Source: Polyangiales bacterium
GTDB taxonomy: Bacteria > Myxococcota_A > Polyangia > Polyangiales > Ga0077539
Reading direction: 5' to 3'
DNA: 64,000 bases
Assembly (NCBI GenBank): GCA_044229975.1
Contig: JBGARZ010000002.1
Span: 480,001-544,000, forward strand
Positions 21,663-31,699 of this stretch are shown here, piece by piece (position 1 is the first letter of the stretch; the number at the start of each line of letters is the position of its first letter). A program made the position numbers and the translations under genes. A model generated the notes under the pieces. That model saw only the letters and a list, made by a program, of their open reading frames with translations, was not told the DNA's origin and searched no databases.

Positions 21663-22850
21663 ATGGCTGTCCCCGAATCCTTCTCCCCTCGCGCCGCGTG
21701 CGCGCGCTGCCTGCGACCGATCGCGCTGTGCTGGTGCGCCCACCTCACGCGCCTCGACACCCGCACCCGCGTGGTGCTGCTCCAGCACCCGCGCGAGCGC
21801 ACCGTCGCCATCGGCACCGCTCGCATGGCGAGCCTGTGCCTCCCCAACTCCGAGCTCCACGTCGGCGTCGAGTGGGACCAGTCCGCCGCCCTCGCCCGCG
21901 CGCTCTCCGACCCCGCCCGCCCCGCGGCACTACTGTACCCCGGCGAGGGTGCCGTCGACGTCGTCGCGCACCCGCCGTCGGGTCCCATCACGCTCGTCGT
22001 CGTCGATGGGACGTGGAGCCACACGCGCAAGCTCGTGCGCCTCAACCCCGCGCTCGCGGCGTTGCCGAGGTACTCGTTTACGCCGCCCGCGCCGAGCGAG
22101 TACCGCATCCGCCGCGAGCCGAAGGAGACCTTCGTGTCGACGCTCGAAGCGCTGGTGCATGTGCTCGGCGCCATCGAGGGGGAGCCCGAACGGTTCCGCG
22201 CGATGCTCGCCCCCTTCCGCGCGATGATCGACGCGCAGATCGCCTGCGAGGCCGAGCGACAGCACCACCGGGGGCGTGGTCCGCGACCGCCGAAGCCGCC
22301 GCGACCGCGGTTGCCGTCACCGCTCGCGGGGCGCGCGGCCGACGTGGTGTGCGTCATCGGCGAGGCCAACGCGTGGCCCCGCGGCGCCGACCGATCGCCC
22401 GCCCCCTTCGCGCAGGAGCTCGTGCAGTGGATCGCACACCGACCGGCGACGGGCGAGACCTTCGAGGCGATCGTCAGGCCGCAGCGCCCGGTGTCGCCCG
22501 CCATCGAGTCGCAGACGGGCCTTCGCGCCGACGAGGTGATGTCGGGCGAGAGCGTCGCGGAGGCGATGGCGCGTTGGCGCGAGTTCATCCGCGAGACCGA
22601 CCTCGTGTGCGCGTGGGGTGACTACGGGACGCAGCTCTTCGACGCCGTCGGCGGCTACATCCCCGGCGCGCTCATCGACCTGCGACGGCACGCGCGCATC
22701 GAGGCCAACGACAAGGTAGGCGGGCCGCTCGAATACCTCGCGAGCCTCGGTGGAGCGGAGGACGAGACGACGCCCGTCGGACGAGCGCGATCGGGAGTGC
22801 GACTGGGTCAGATCGTGGCGGTGGCACGCAGGCTCGCCGCGACGGGGTGA
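21663..22850 (+). CDS. tRNA-uridine aminocarboxypropyltransferase (DTW domain, TapT-like) fused to a degenerate DnaQ-like domain
   Basis: Zn-knuckle CARC...CWC; LLQHPRE, LLYPGEGA, VVDGTW, YRIRREP and STLEA; extra C-terminal ~170 aa. Confidence 0.85.
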   Translation: MAVPESFSPRAACARCLRPIALCWCAHLTRLDTRTRVVLLQHPRERTVAIGTARMASLCLPNSELHVGVEWDQSAALARALSDPARPAALLYPGEGAVDVVAHPPSGPITLVVVDGTWSHTRKLVRLNPALAALPRYSFTPPAPSEYRIRREPKETFVSTLEALVHVLGAIEGEPERFRAMLAPFRAMIDAQIACEAERQHHRGRGPRPPKPPRPRLPSPLAGRAADVVCVIGEANAWPRGADRSPAPFAQELVQWIAHRPATGETFEAIVRPQRPVSPAIESQTGLRADEVMSGESVAEAMARWREFIRETDLVCAWGDYGTQLFDAVGGYIPGALIDLRRHARIEANDKVGGPLEYLASLGGAEDETTPVGRARSGVRLGQIVAVARRLAATG

Positions 22851-22858
22851 TGGCGGGT

Positions 22859-22892
22859 CCGCCCGAAGGAGAGAGGTCCCTCCTCCGGGCGG
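22859..22892. terminator. GC-rich hairpin between the convergent DTW gene and tuf
   Basis: ccgcccgaaggag...ctcctccgggcgg. Fully paired with one G-U on the minus-strand transcript; no U tract. Confidence 0.5.
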
Positions 22893-22905
22893 TTCCCTGG
22901 TGGGG

Positions 22906-24081
<1,176 letters not shown>

Positions 24082-24146
24082 TGGATATTACCTCCTGTGC
24101 ATCGGACCAAATAGGCGTTGGTCCGAAGGTGTGATGCGCCAGAACG

Positions 24147-24185
24147 CGAAAACCCCCTCCTGCGGTGTCGCGGGAGGGGGTTTCG
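24147..24185 (-). terminator. Intrinsic terminator (attenuator) in the tuf leader
   Basis: Minus strand AAACCCCCUCC-CGCG-ACAC-CGCA-GGAGGGGG followed by UUUUCGCGUUCU, about 65 nt upstream of the tuf ATG. Confidence 0.85.
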
Positions 24186-24212
24186 ATGGAAGCGTCGGTA
24201 GCGGTTGTCGGC

Positions 24213-24317
24213 TTACCTGTGTGACGCTCGTTCGTGGCCCTCTCGCGCGCAGCGATCCGCTGACAGCGCTGAAGCGCTGGCTGAGCGGACTGATGCGTTG
24301 AGGGCTGAGAGGCGCAT
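24213..24317 (-). CDS. Putative 34-aa leader peptide MRLSALNASVRSASASALSADRCAREGHERASHR
   Basis: ATG at 24317, TAA at 24215-24213. Contains six TCA, two CGA and one AGG codons. Lies between the promoter and the terminator. Confidence 0.7.
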   Translation of the reverse strand: MRLSALNASVRSASASALSADRCAREGHERASHR

Positions 24318-24327
24318 TGCGGGTGCG

Positions 24328-24356
24328 ACCATGAACCCATGCCGAGAGAGTGTCAA
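24328..24356 (-). promoter_or_regulatory. Putative sigma70 promoter of the tuf leader
   Basis: TTGACA (24356-24351) - N17 - CATGGT (24333-24328). The predicted TSS is only a few nt before the uORF ATG. Confidence 0.6.
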
Positions 24357-25942
24357 GAACCCTCTGCAACAAGCGTCGTCGCCGCCGTCACCCCCGCTCG
24401 GACGGCCGCCTCGGTGCTCGGCGTCGGTTGCGACGACTTCACCCAGTCACCGGCGAAGAGGAGGTTGTCGTATCCCGATACACGCGCGCCCAACCGATAC
24501 TTCCAGTGCCCTGGCTCGGCGAGCAGGTATCGCATGTGGTGCGCCGTGTTGCGGCGAAACTCCCAGCGGTGTCCGTCCTCGCGCGCGAAGACCTTGGCGG
24601 CGTCGAAGCGCGTGCCATCAACGAACGGAAGACCGCCAAGGTTCTTCAACATCCGCCGCACGAGCTCGTTGTCGGTGAGCTCGCCGTCGAGGCCCTCCTG
24701 GCCGAGCATCTCCACCACGCTGCCTCGCCCCGGTCGCAGCGCGGCGACCCGGTTGGCGTAGTCGATCACCGTCGCCGCGGGCTGCGGCGTGCCCAGCACC
24801 ACCGTGTCGTAGTCCGACGGAAACACCCGCTCCGACAGCCACGCGCGCAGGCTGATGGACGCCACCGTCCGCAGCTTCCACAGCCCGCGCAGCTCGCGGT
24901 GGTCGAGCACCGACGCGTCGAAGTCCGGCGTCGTCCGCAGGAGCGCGCGCAGGCTGTCCACGGGCAGCGCGGAGATGACCACGTCGAAGTCCTCGCCGAC
25001 CTTCAGCACGCGCTCGACGCTGCCCGCGGGCGGCGCCGGGTCGCCCTTCGGATACGGCGCCTCGGCCAGCGGGTCGCCACCCTCGAAGGGCTCGACGCGC
25101 ACGTGCTCGAAGACGCCGCTGATGGGGACGGCGTTCGCCATGGAGCGCAGCACCACCTCGCGGACCCGCTGCCCCTTCGGGTCGAGCGTGAGGCGCGTCG
25201 CCTTCGTACAGAACTCGATGGTGCCGCCCGACTCACGGAAGGCGCGGGCGATGGGTTCGATGAGCACCTCGCCCACCGGACCATTGAAGTAGAGAACGGT
25301 CGGCTTCTTGAAACCGGCCATGTCGCGAAAGCCCTTCACGCCGACGTACGCTGACCCCTCGCTGGGATAGTTGTAGGTCAGGTCGAACAGGTACCTGAAC
25401 CACGGGAGTCGGGTGAGGTCAGCGTCGAGCCCGTGCGCCACACACCAGGGCGTGAAGCCGTCCTCGTCCATCGACGGCGGTGGATCGCCCTTCCAGAACT
25501 CCACCGCCATCCGCGCGAAGAAGAGCCCGAGCCGAAGTTTCTGCGAGGGGTTCATCCCGCGGTAGGTGAAGAAGTCGGACTCCAGCAGCGCACGCACGTC
25601 GAGCGGCCCCGACGGTAGGCGCAGCGTGTTGACCGCGTTGGCGCCCGAGTCGTAGATGCGATGAACGCCACCGTTGTCGGTAAACCACCGTTCATCGGAC
25701 ACCGAGCGGCCGCAGCGCGCGAGGAGCTTCGGCACCGCCGTGTAATATCCGAAGAGGGAGTGAAACCCCGTCTCCATGTAGCGCCCGTCGGGCAGGCGCC
25801 AGCTCGCGGCCTTGCCTCCGAGTCGGCCCTCCATGCAGACCAGCGTCACGTCGTAGCGCTCGCGCGCCTGGTCGAGAATCTCCAGACCCGCCGCGAGGCC
25901 CGCGAGGCCCCCGCCCAGGATCAACACCCGCTTCTTGGTCAC
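24353..25942 (-). CDS. FAD-dependent oxidoreductase, phytoene desaturase/HpnE-like flavin amine-oxidase family
   Basis: GTG start VTKKRVLILGGGLAGL; LGGKAASW...ETGFHSLFGYY; NLLFAGDWV...STEAAVRAG. Confidence 0.85.
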   Translation of the reverse strand: MTKKRVLILGGGLAGLAAGLEILDQARERYDVTLVCMEGRLGGKAASWRLPDGRYMETGFHSLFGYYTAVPKLLARCGRSVSDERWFTDNGGVHRIYDSGANAVNTLRLPSGPLDVRALLESDFFTYRGMNPSQKLRLGLFFARMAVEFWKGDPPPSMDEDGFTPWCVAHGLDADLTRLPWFRYLFDLTYNYPSEGSAYVGVKGFRDMAGFKKPTVLYFNGPVGEVLIEPIARAFRESGGTIEFCTKATRLTLDPKGQRVREVVLRSMANAVPISGVFEHVRVEPFEGGDPLAEAPYPKGDPAPPAGSVERVLKVGEDFDVVISALPVDSLRALLRTTPDFDASVLDHRELRGLWKLRTVASISLRAWLSERVFPSDYDTVVLGTPQPAATVIDYANRVAALRPGRGSVVEMLGQEGLDGELTDNELVRRMLKNLGGLPFVDGTRFDAAKVFAREDGHRWEFRRNTAHHMRYLLAEPGHWKYRLGARVSGYDNLLFAGDWVKSSQPTPSTEAAVRAGVTAATTLVAEGS

Positions 25943-25952
25943 GCCGTCACCC

Positions 25953-27380
25953 TCAGATCTTCTTGAGCACCACGTCGCGCCGCGCCTCGCCACGGAGCGT
26001 TCCGTCGACGCTGGTCGCGATCACCCGCGCCCGCAGCCGCTCGCCCCGGGGCATCGCCCCTTCGTCCACCACCATCACGCTCACGTCGAGCCCGTCGCGG
26101 CGCATCAGCACCTCGCCCGACTGCCGCTCCAACAGAAACCGGTACCGCAGCGGCACCTGCGGATCTCGCCGCTTCACCCTCCACGAAAACACCGCCAGCC
26201 CCACGTCGTTTCGGCTCACGTCCATGGTGAGCTTCGGGTCGTCGTATCGCTTGATGAGCTCGGCGAAGGCCACTCCCTTCACGGCCTTCCCCCGACACAA
26301 TCCGCTCACCCGACACGAGCCCTCCCAGAACGACCCCGCGCGATTGACCACTCCCCCGGTGAGCGCCGCCGCCAACGCGACCCACGGTCGGCCGTCGTCG
26401 TCGACGATGGGTGTGAGCTGGTCGTGGTGGCGCGGCGTGATCTCCAGGTCGGTGTCCCACTCCGCGGCCCGAAAGCGCCAGCCCGCCGAGTACACGGCGC
26501 CCTGTTTGGGCGAGCGCCAGAAGCGCGTGCGGGTGAAGTCGTGGTTGCCGATGATGCGCTTGAACTCACCATCGGCCGTGATGAGCCCGGCGCCCCCGAA
26601 GGCTTCCACGGAGGGGGAGGTCTCATCGGGGTTCCAGACCGTGGTGAGCATGATCTCGTCCCGCGAGTCGAGCTGGATGCTCATCCACTCGTACTCTTCC
26701 AACATGCGATTGCGGAACGGGGTGACGAAGAAATCTCCCCATTGGTGATCGAACCAACCGATACCCGCCACGGAGACCGTCTCGGCGCCGAGGCGCAGCG
26801 TACCCTTTGCCGCCAGGCGGGTCAGTGAGTAGTAGGAGAACCACCCGCTATCGGCGAAGGGCAGATATCCGATACCGCCTGCCTCGTAGGGGACCTTTTC
26901 GTTCTTGAGGTTGAGCTCGACCGCGAACTTCCCTGCGTCGTCGATGGCGCTCAGCTTCGACGAGAAGTCGGTGTCCACCGAGACCCAGCGGTCTTCCCCG
27001 CCGGGGTGCTTGAAGAGCGTGTCGAGGCGCCCCGACGCGGCGCGCAGCGTCCCCAGCGTGGTGCCCGTCCAGGCGCCCAGGTAGCGGTCTTCGCTGTCCC
27101 AGGCCCGCACCACGAGGAAGCGCAGGTGCTGGGTGAAGTACGCGGCGAAGACCACAAAGGTCCTCCCCTGGCCGCCCTTCTCCTCCTCAACATGGGCGTT
27201 GAGGTAGATCCACTCCATGTGACAAGGGCCGGGCGACGTGATCGATCGCTCTGCGGACCCTGAAATCCCCAACCGGTGATGCCAGCCCTCGTCGAGGGGA
27301 AAGGTCAGCGCGCTGCTCTTGCGGTGATACGGCTTGTTCCGCCAGGGCGCGTCGGGCACCACGGGTCCGTCGCCGGGCAT
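25953..27380 (-). CDS. AttH/CrtC-like (lipocalin-like) protein with an extra C-terminal domain
   Basis: Motifs FPLDEGWH, EWIYLNAH, SYYSLTRL, GIGWFDHQWG, EWMSIQLD and FWEGSC. Start overlaps the xdh stop (TGATG). Confidence 0.8.
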   Translation of the reverse strand: MPGDGPVVPDAPWRNKPYHRKSSALTFPLDEGWHHRLGISGSAERSITSPGPCHMEWIYLNAHVEEEKGGQGRTFVVFAAYFTQHLRFLVVRAWDSEDRYLGAWTGTTLGTLRAASGRLDTLFKHPGGEDRWVSVDTDFSSKLSAIDDAGKFAVELNLKNEKVPYEAGGIGYLPFADSGWFSYYSLTRLAAKGTLRLGAETVSVAGIGWFDHQWGDFFVTPFRNRMLEEYEWMSIQLDSRDEIMLTTVWNPDETSPSVEAFGGAGLITADGEFKRIIGNHDFTRTRFWRSPKQGAVYSAGWRFRAAEWDTDLEITPRHHDQLTPIVDDDGRPWVALAAALTGGVVNRAGSFWEGSCRVSGLCRGKAVKGVAFAELIKRYDDPKLTMDVSRNDVGLAVFSWRVKRRDPQVPLRYRFLLERQSGEVLMRRDGLDVSVMVVDEGAMPRGERLRARVIATSVDGTLRGEARRDVVLKKI

Positions 27381-30300
27381 CAGACCGACGCCGCGCGAAT
27401 CGCCGTCAGGATGGCCTCGTGCGTCGCGGGAGACGCGAGCGGCACCACGCCGGGCTTCGTCGCGAAGGCCGCCACCGCCTCGCGAATCGCCTCGCGCGCG
27501 CTGATCGCCAGCATCAAGGGCGGCTCGCCCACGGCCTTGCTGCCGTGCACCGTGTTGGACTGCGCCGCGTCGGGCAGCAGGGCGACCCGGAAGTCCCTCG
27601 GCGCGTCGCTGAACGCGGGGATCTGATAGGTGCTCGCCGAGTGCGTGAGGAGGCGCCCCTTGGCGTCCCAGAGGAGTTCTTCGCCGGTGAGCCAGCCGAC
27701 ACCCTGGACGTAGCCGCCTTCCACCTGTCCGCGGTCGACGCCGGGGTTCAGCGAGTCGCCGACATCGTGGAGGATGTCCGTCCGCAGGATGCGCTTCATC
27801 CCGGTATAACCGTCGACCTCGACCTCGGTGACGGCCGCGCCGAAGGCGAAGTAGTGGAAGGGCTTTCCCCGACCCGCGGCCTTGTCGTAATGGACGCCGG
27901 GCGTTCGGTAGAAGCCCGTCGCCGACATCGGGGTCTGCTTGAGGTACGCGCACTCGGTCAGCTTGTGGTCAATGGCCTGCGATCGCCCATTGGCCACAAA
28001 CGCCTGGCCGTCCCATTGCACATCGTCGAGCGGCGCTTCGAGGAGGTACGCCGCGATGGGTCGCAGCCGGTCGCGCAGCGTCAGGCACGCGTCGCGCACC
28101 GCCGCGCCGTTGAGGTCTGCGCCCGCGCTCGCCGCCGTCGCCGACGTGTTGGGAACCTTGTCCGTCGCGGTCTTCATCACGCGGACGTGGTCGCGGTCGA
28201 GACCCAGCTCGCGCATCGCGATACCAAGGATCTTGGTGTTGAGCCCCTGGCCCATCTCGGTTCCGCCGTGGTTCACCTGGAGCGAGCCGTCACGGTAGAG
28301 GTGCAGGAGCGCGCCCGCCTGGTTGAGGAACGTCGCCGTAAACGAGATGCCGAACTTCACCGGGGTGATGGCGATGCCCCGCTTGATGCGGGCGCTCTGT
28401 CCGTTGAAGCGAGCGACCTCCGCGCGGCGGGCGACGAAGTCCGATGACGCCATGACGCCCGACCAGATGCGGTCGAGGCGATTGTCTTCAATCAACTCGC
28501 CGTAGTGGGTGGTGTTGGACTCGCCCTCACCGCGGTAGAGGTTGCGCTCGCGCACCGCGTGCGCTTCGAGTCCGAGCGTGCGCGCGACGCGGTCGACGAT
28601 GTCCTCCATCACCACCATGCCCTGCGGGCCGCCGAAGCCGCGGAAGGCCGTGTGCGAGCAGACGTTGGTCTTCGCCACGCGGCCGAAGAAGTCGACCGCG
28701 GGGATGTAGTAGGCGTTGTCGAGGTGGAAGAGCGCGCGGTCGCAGATGGACTCCGACAGGTCCAACGCCCAGCCGCCGTCGGCGGTGAGGTCGACCTTCG
28801 CGGCGAGGAGCGTTCCGTCGTCGTCGAAGCCGACTTCCCAGGTCGCGAAGAAGGGGTGCCGCTTGCCTGTGAGCGCGAGGTCGAGGTCGCGCTCAACCTG
28901 CACCCTGACGGCGCGACCCGTCTTCATCGCCGCGAGCGCGACGAGCGCCGCCCAGGTGTTGCCCTGGGTCTCCTTGCCACCGAATCCGCCGCCCATGCGC
29001 GGGGCCTGCACGACGACCTTGTTTCGCGGGAGGTGCAGCACGTGCGAGACGACCGCCTGCACCTCGGACGGGTGCTGCGTCGACGAGCGAACCACCACGT
29101 CGCCGTCGTCGCCGGGCTCGGCCGACGCGGCGTGCGTCTCCAGATAGAAGTGCTCCTGACCGCCGATGTGCATGGTTCCGCGGAGGCGGTGCGGGGCACG
29201 GGAGAGGGCGTCGGTGACGTCGCCGCGCGCGATGCGATGACCGTTGGTGTGGAAGCTGTCGGCCGCGATGGCGGCCTCGGCGCCGAGGACGATGGGCAGC
29301 GGCTCGTACTCGACGACGACCGCGGCGGCGGCGCGGCGGGCGAGGGTCTCGTCGTCGGCGATGACAACCGCGACGAGGTGCCCGTGGAAGCAGACCTCGG
29401 TGGCCGCGAGCAGGGTCTCGTCCTGGCGCACGGCGCCGACGTCGTTGGCGCCGGGGATGTCCTCGGCGAGCAGCACCGCCACGACCCCGGGCATGGCGCG
29501 GGCGGCCGTCGCGTCGCGGCGAAGGATGCGGGCGTGGGCGTGCGGCGACGTGACGGGCCAGAGCGTGAGCATGTCCTGGCGCTGGGCGTCGTCGTCGACG
29601 TAGCGGGCGACGCCGGTAGCGTGACCGAGGCCGCTCTCGTGGCGCAGCGCGCGGGAGGCGTCGTCGGTCTCGTCGGCGGGCGTGGGGACGTAGTCGAGGG
29701 GAAGGTCCTGCGAGAGCGATCGATCGCCGGAGACGAACTTCTCGAAGAGATTGGGGATGAGCTGACGACGGTAGTCGGCGCCGCCGCGCGCGTCGGTGAT
29801 GGGCGTGAACTCGTCGGCCAGCATCGGGAGCAGGTCGCGAATACCATCGACGGTAAACGGCCGACCGATGAGCGCTGCCTCGGTGCGCTTCGCGCGGACC
29901 GGCGTGGCCGCGACACCGCCGAAGGCGAGGCGGGCGTGGGTGATGATGTTGCTGGCGTCGACGTCGACGACGAAGGCACCTGCGACGATGGAGATGTCCA
30001 TCTCGCGGCGCTTACTGACCTTGAAGCTGTCGGTGTGGCGGTACGGCAGCTCGGGGATCGGATCGAGCGGGACCGCCACCGAGACCATCACCTCGTCGCG
30101 CTCCATCGCGGTCTTGCGGTAGCCAAGGAAGAAGTCTGCGAGCGGCACGGCGCGCCGTCCGCGCACGGAGGCGAGCTCCACGGTCGCGTCGTGGGCCATC
30201 AACACCGGCGCGAGATCGCCGATGGGCGACGCCGTCACAAGGTTGCCCGCCAGGGTCGCGCGGTTGCGGATCTGCCGCGACGCGAACACCGCCAGCATCT

Positions 30301-31129
30301 TGCCGAGAGCCGGGATCGGCCCGCCCAGCTTCTCCTCGATCTCCGTCAACGTCGCCGCACCTCCGATGCGACTCGCCGCGTCGCCGACTTCGATCGCGTG
30401 CAACTCGCGCACGGCCTCCGTCGAGATGAGGTGCGGAAACGCCCGCGGCTTCTTGTTGAGCTCGACGCCCACCTCGGTCGCGCCCGCGACGAGTACGGCG
30501 TCGGGAAACTCCACCCGCAGCGCGAGAAGCTCGGCGAGGCTCTCCGGTCGGTCGAAGCGCTCGCCCTTGTGGCCGTCGACGCGCAGCGAAGATCGCTCAG
30601 GCACCGGCTGGTGCAACCGCAGGTGGAAGCGGTCGCTCGTGTCGCGGTGCTTGAGCGCGTCGCCCATCGCGTCGCGGATGGGACGGTATCCCGTGCAGCG
30701 GCAGAGGTTGCCGTGGAGCTGGTCGGCGACGCGGTGAGCCTCGTCGTGGTCGTCGCGATGGAAGCCCTCGAACATCGACATCACGAAGCCCGGCGTGCAG
30801 TAGCCGCACTGTGATCCGTAGCGGTCGGCCATCGCGCACTGCACCGGGTGGGGACCGCCCTCGGCGAGGCCCTCGACGGAGAGCAGCTCGCGCCCGTCGA
30901 TCATCGGCAACAGCGTGATGCAGCTACAAAACGCCCGCCACGAGGCGCCGCCAGAGGCGTCGCGATCGAGCATCGCGAGCGAGCAGGCGCCGCAGTCGCC
31001 CTCGGCACAGCCCTCCTTGGGGCCGGTGGTTCCGTTGGCGCGGAGCCAGTCGAGGAGCGTGGTTTGAGTGGACTCGCCGGTCACCGTCACCGATCGACCG
31101 TTGAGCGAGAAGCGGATCGCGTCACCCAT
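27380..31129 (-). CDS. xdhAB: Xanthine dehydrogenase, fused XdhA (2Fe-2S + FAD) and XdhB (molybdopterin) subunits
   Basis: KEGCAEGDCGAC, SQCGYCTPGF, NLCRCTGY, QIRNRATLAGN, STQHP, GGGFGGKE, AFRGFGGPQG and SKAVGEPPL all in one ORF. Confidence 0.95.
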   Translation of the reverse strand: MGDAIRFSLNGRSVTVTGESTQTTLLDWLRANGTTGPKEGCAEGDCGACSLAMLDRDASGGASWRAFCSCITLLPMIDGRELLSVEGLAEGGPHPVQCAMADRYGSQCGYCTPGFVMSMFEGFHRDDHDEAHRVADQLHGNLCRCTGYRPIRDAMGDALKHRDTSDRFHLRLHQPVPERSSLRVDGHKGERFDRPESLAELLALRVEFPDAVLVAGATEVGVELNKKPRAFPHLISTEAVRELHAIEVGDAASRIGGAATLTEIEEKLGGPIPALGKMLAVFASRQIRNRATLAGNLVTASPIGDLAPVLMAHDATVELASVRGRRAVPLADFFLGYRKTAMERDEVMVSVAVPLDPIPELPYRHTDSFKVSKRREMDISIVAGAFVVDVDASNIITHARLAFGGVAATPVRAKRTEAALIGRPFTVDGIRDLLPMLADEFTPITDARGGADYRRQLIPNLFEKFVSGDRSLSQDLPLDYVPTPADETDDASRALRHESGLGHATGVARYVDDDAQRQDMLTLWPVTSPHAHARILRRDATAARAMPGVVAVLLAEDIPGANDVGAVRQDETLLAATEVCFHGHLVAVVIADDETLARRAAAAVVVEYEPLPIVLGAEAAIAADSFHTNGHRIARGDVTDALSRAPHRLRGTMHIGGQEHFYLETHAASAEPGDDGDVVVRSSTQHPSEVQAVVSHVLHLPRNKVVVQAPRMGGGFGGKETQGNTWAALVALAAMKTGRAVRVQVERDLDLALTGKRHPFFATWEVGFDDDGTLLAAKVDLTADGGWALDLSESICDRALFHLDNAYYIPAVDFFGRVAKTNVCSHTAFRGFGGPQGMVVMEDIVDRVARTLGLEAHAVRERNLYRGEGESNTTHYGELIEDNRLDRIWSGVMASSDFVARRAEVARFNGQSARIKRGIAITPVKFGISFTATFLNQAGALLHLYRDGSLQVNHGGTEMGQGLNTKILGIAMRELGLDRDHVRVMKTATDKVPNTSATAASAGADLNGAAVRDACLTLRDRLRPIAAYLLEAPLDDVQWDGQAFVANGRSQAIDHKLTECAYLKQTPMSATGFYRTPGVHYDKAAGRGKPFHYFAFGAAVTEVEVDGYTGMKRILRTDILHDVGDSLNPGVDRGQVEGGYVQGVGWLTGEELLWDAKGRLLTHSASTYQIPAFSDAPRDFRVALLPDAAQSNTVHGSKAVGEPPLMLAISAREAIREAVAAFATKPGVVPLASPATHEAILTAIRAASV

Positions 31130-31161
31130 GGGAGATGCCGCGGAGACTACACCAGCGCCCC

Positions 31162-31680
31162 TTACCGGGGGACGCAGCGAGAGAGCGCGAGGTCGCAGCG
31201 CGAGGCCACCGCCTCCCGCATGCACTCGCGATCGTTGAGGCAGGGGGTCCCGGGGCGCTCCTCCATGGGCCCGGCGTCGATGCCCTTCGCCGCGTCGGCC
31301 GGGGCGATGTCGATGCCCACGAGCGCAGCCTCGGCCCGCGGGATGTCGAGCGGCCGCGCCTCGGAGTCATCGGTCATGCGGGCGTCCATCGCCGGAACAC
31401 CCGCGTCTCCGTCGACGACGACATCGACCGTGGGCAGCACATCGGGCACCGGACGCACGTCGGGCGCAGCACCGACGTCCGTCGGAGTGAACACATCGGT
31501 CGGAGTGAAGACCTCCTCGACCGCGGCGGCGTCATCGCTCGCATCGCGGTTGATACCCACCAGCGCGGTCAACGAACACCCGCCCGCAGCCCAGACGCTC
31601 AACGCCACCGCGACCCATCGTGCTCGTGGTCTTGTGCTGCGTGCTCCGCCCACGACGGAGGCCGTAGCCCGGCCCGACAT
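31162..31680 (-). CDS. Hypothetical lipoprotein with an Asp/Pro-rich linker and a small C-terminal 4-Cys domain
   Basis: Lipobox AGGC; VFTPTD repeat; PCLNDREC...RCDLALSRCVP. Confidence 0.65.
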   Translation of the reverse strand: MSGRATASVVGGARSTRPRARWVAVALSVWAAGGCSLTALVGINRDASDDAAAVEEVFTPTDVFTPTDVGAAPDVRPVPDVLPTVDVVVDGDAGVPAMDARMTDDSEARPLDIPRAEAALVGIDIAPADAAKGIDAGPMEERPGTPCLNDRECMREAVASRCDLALSRCVPR

Positions 31681-31699
31681 CGATGTCCACCGACACGCG

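Noticed and set aside
24353..27380. Carotenoid or hopanoid biosynthetic cluster
   Set aside because: No phytoene/squalene synthase, cyclase or prenyltransferase in the window, so the family resemblance alone does not support the pathway call.
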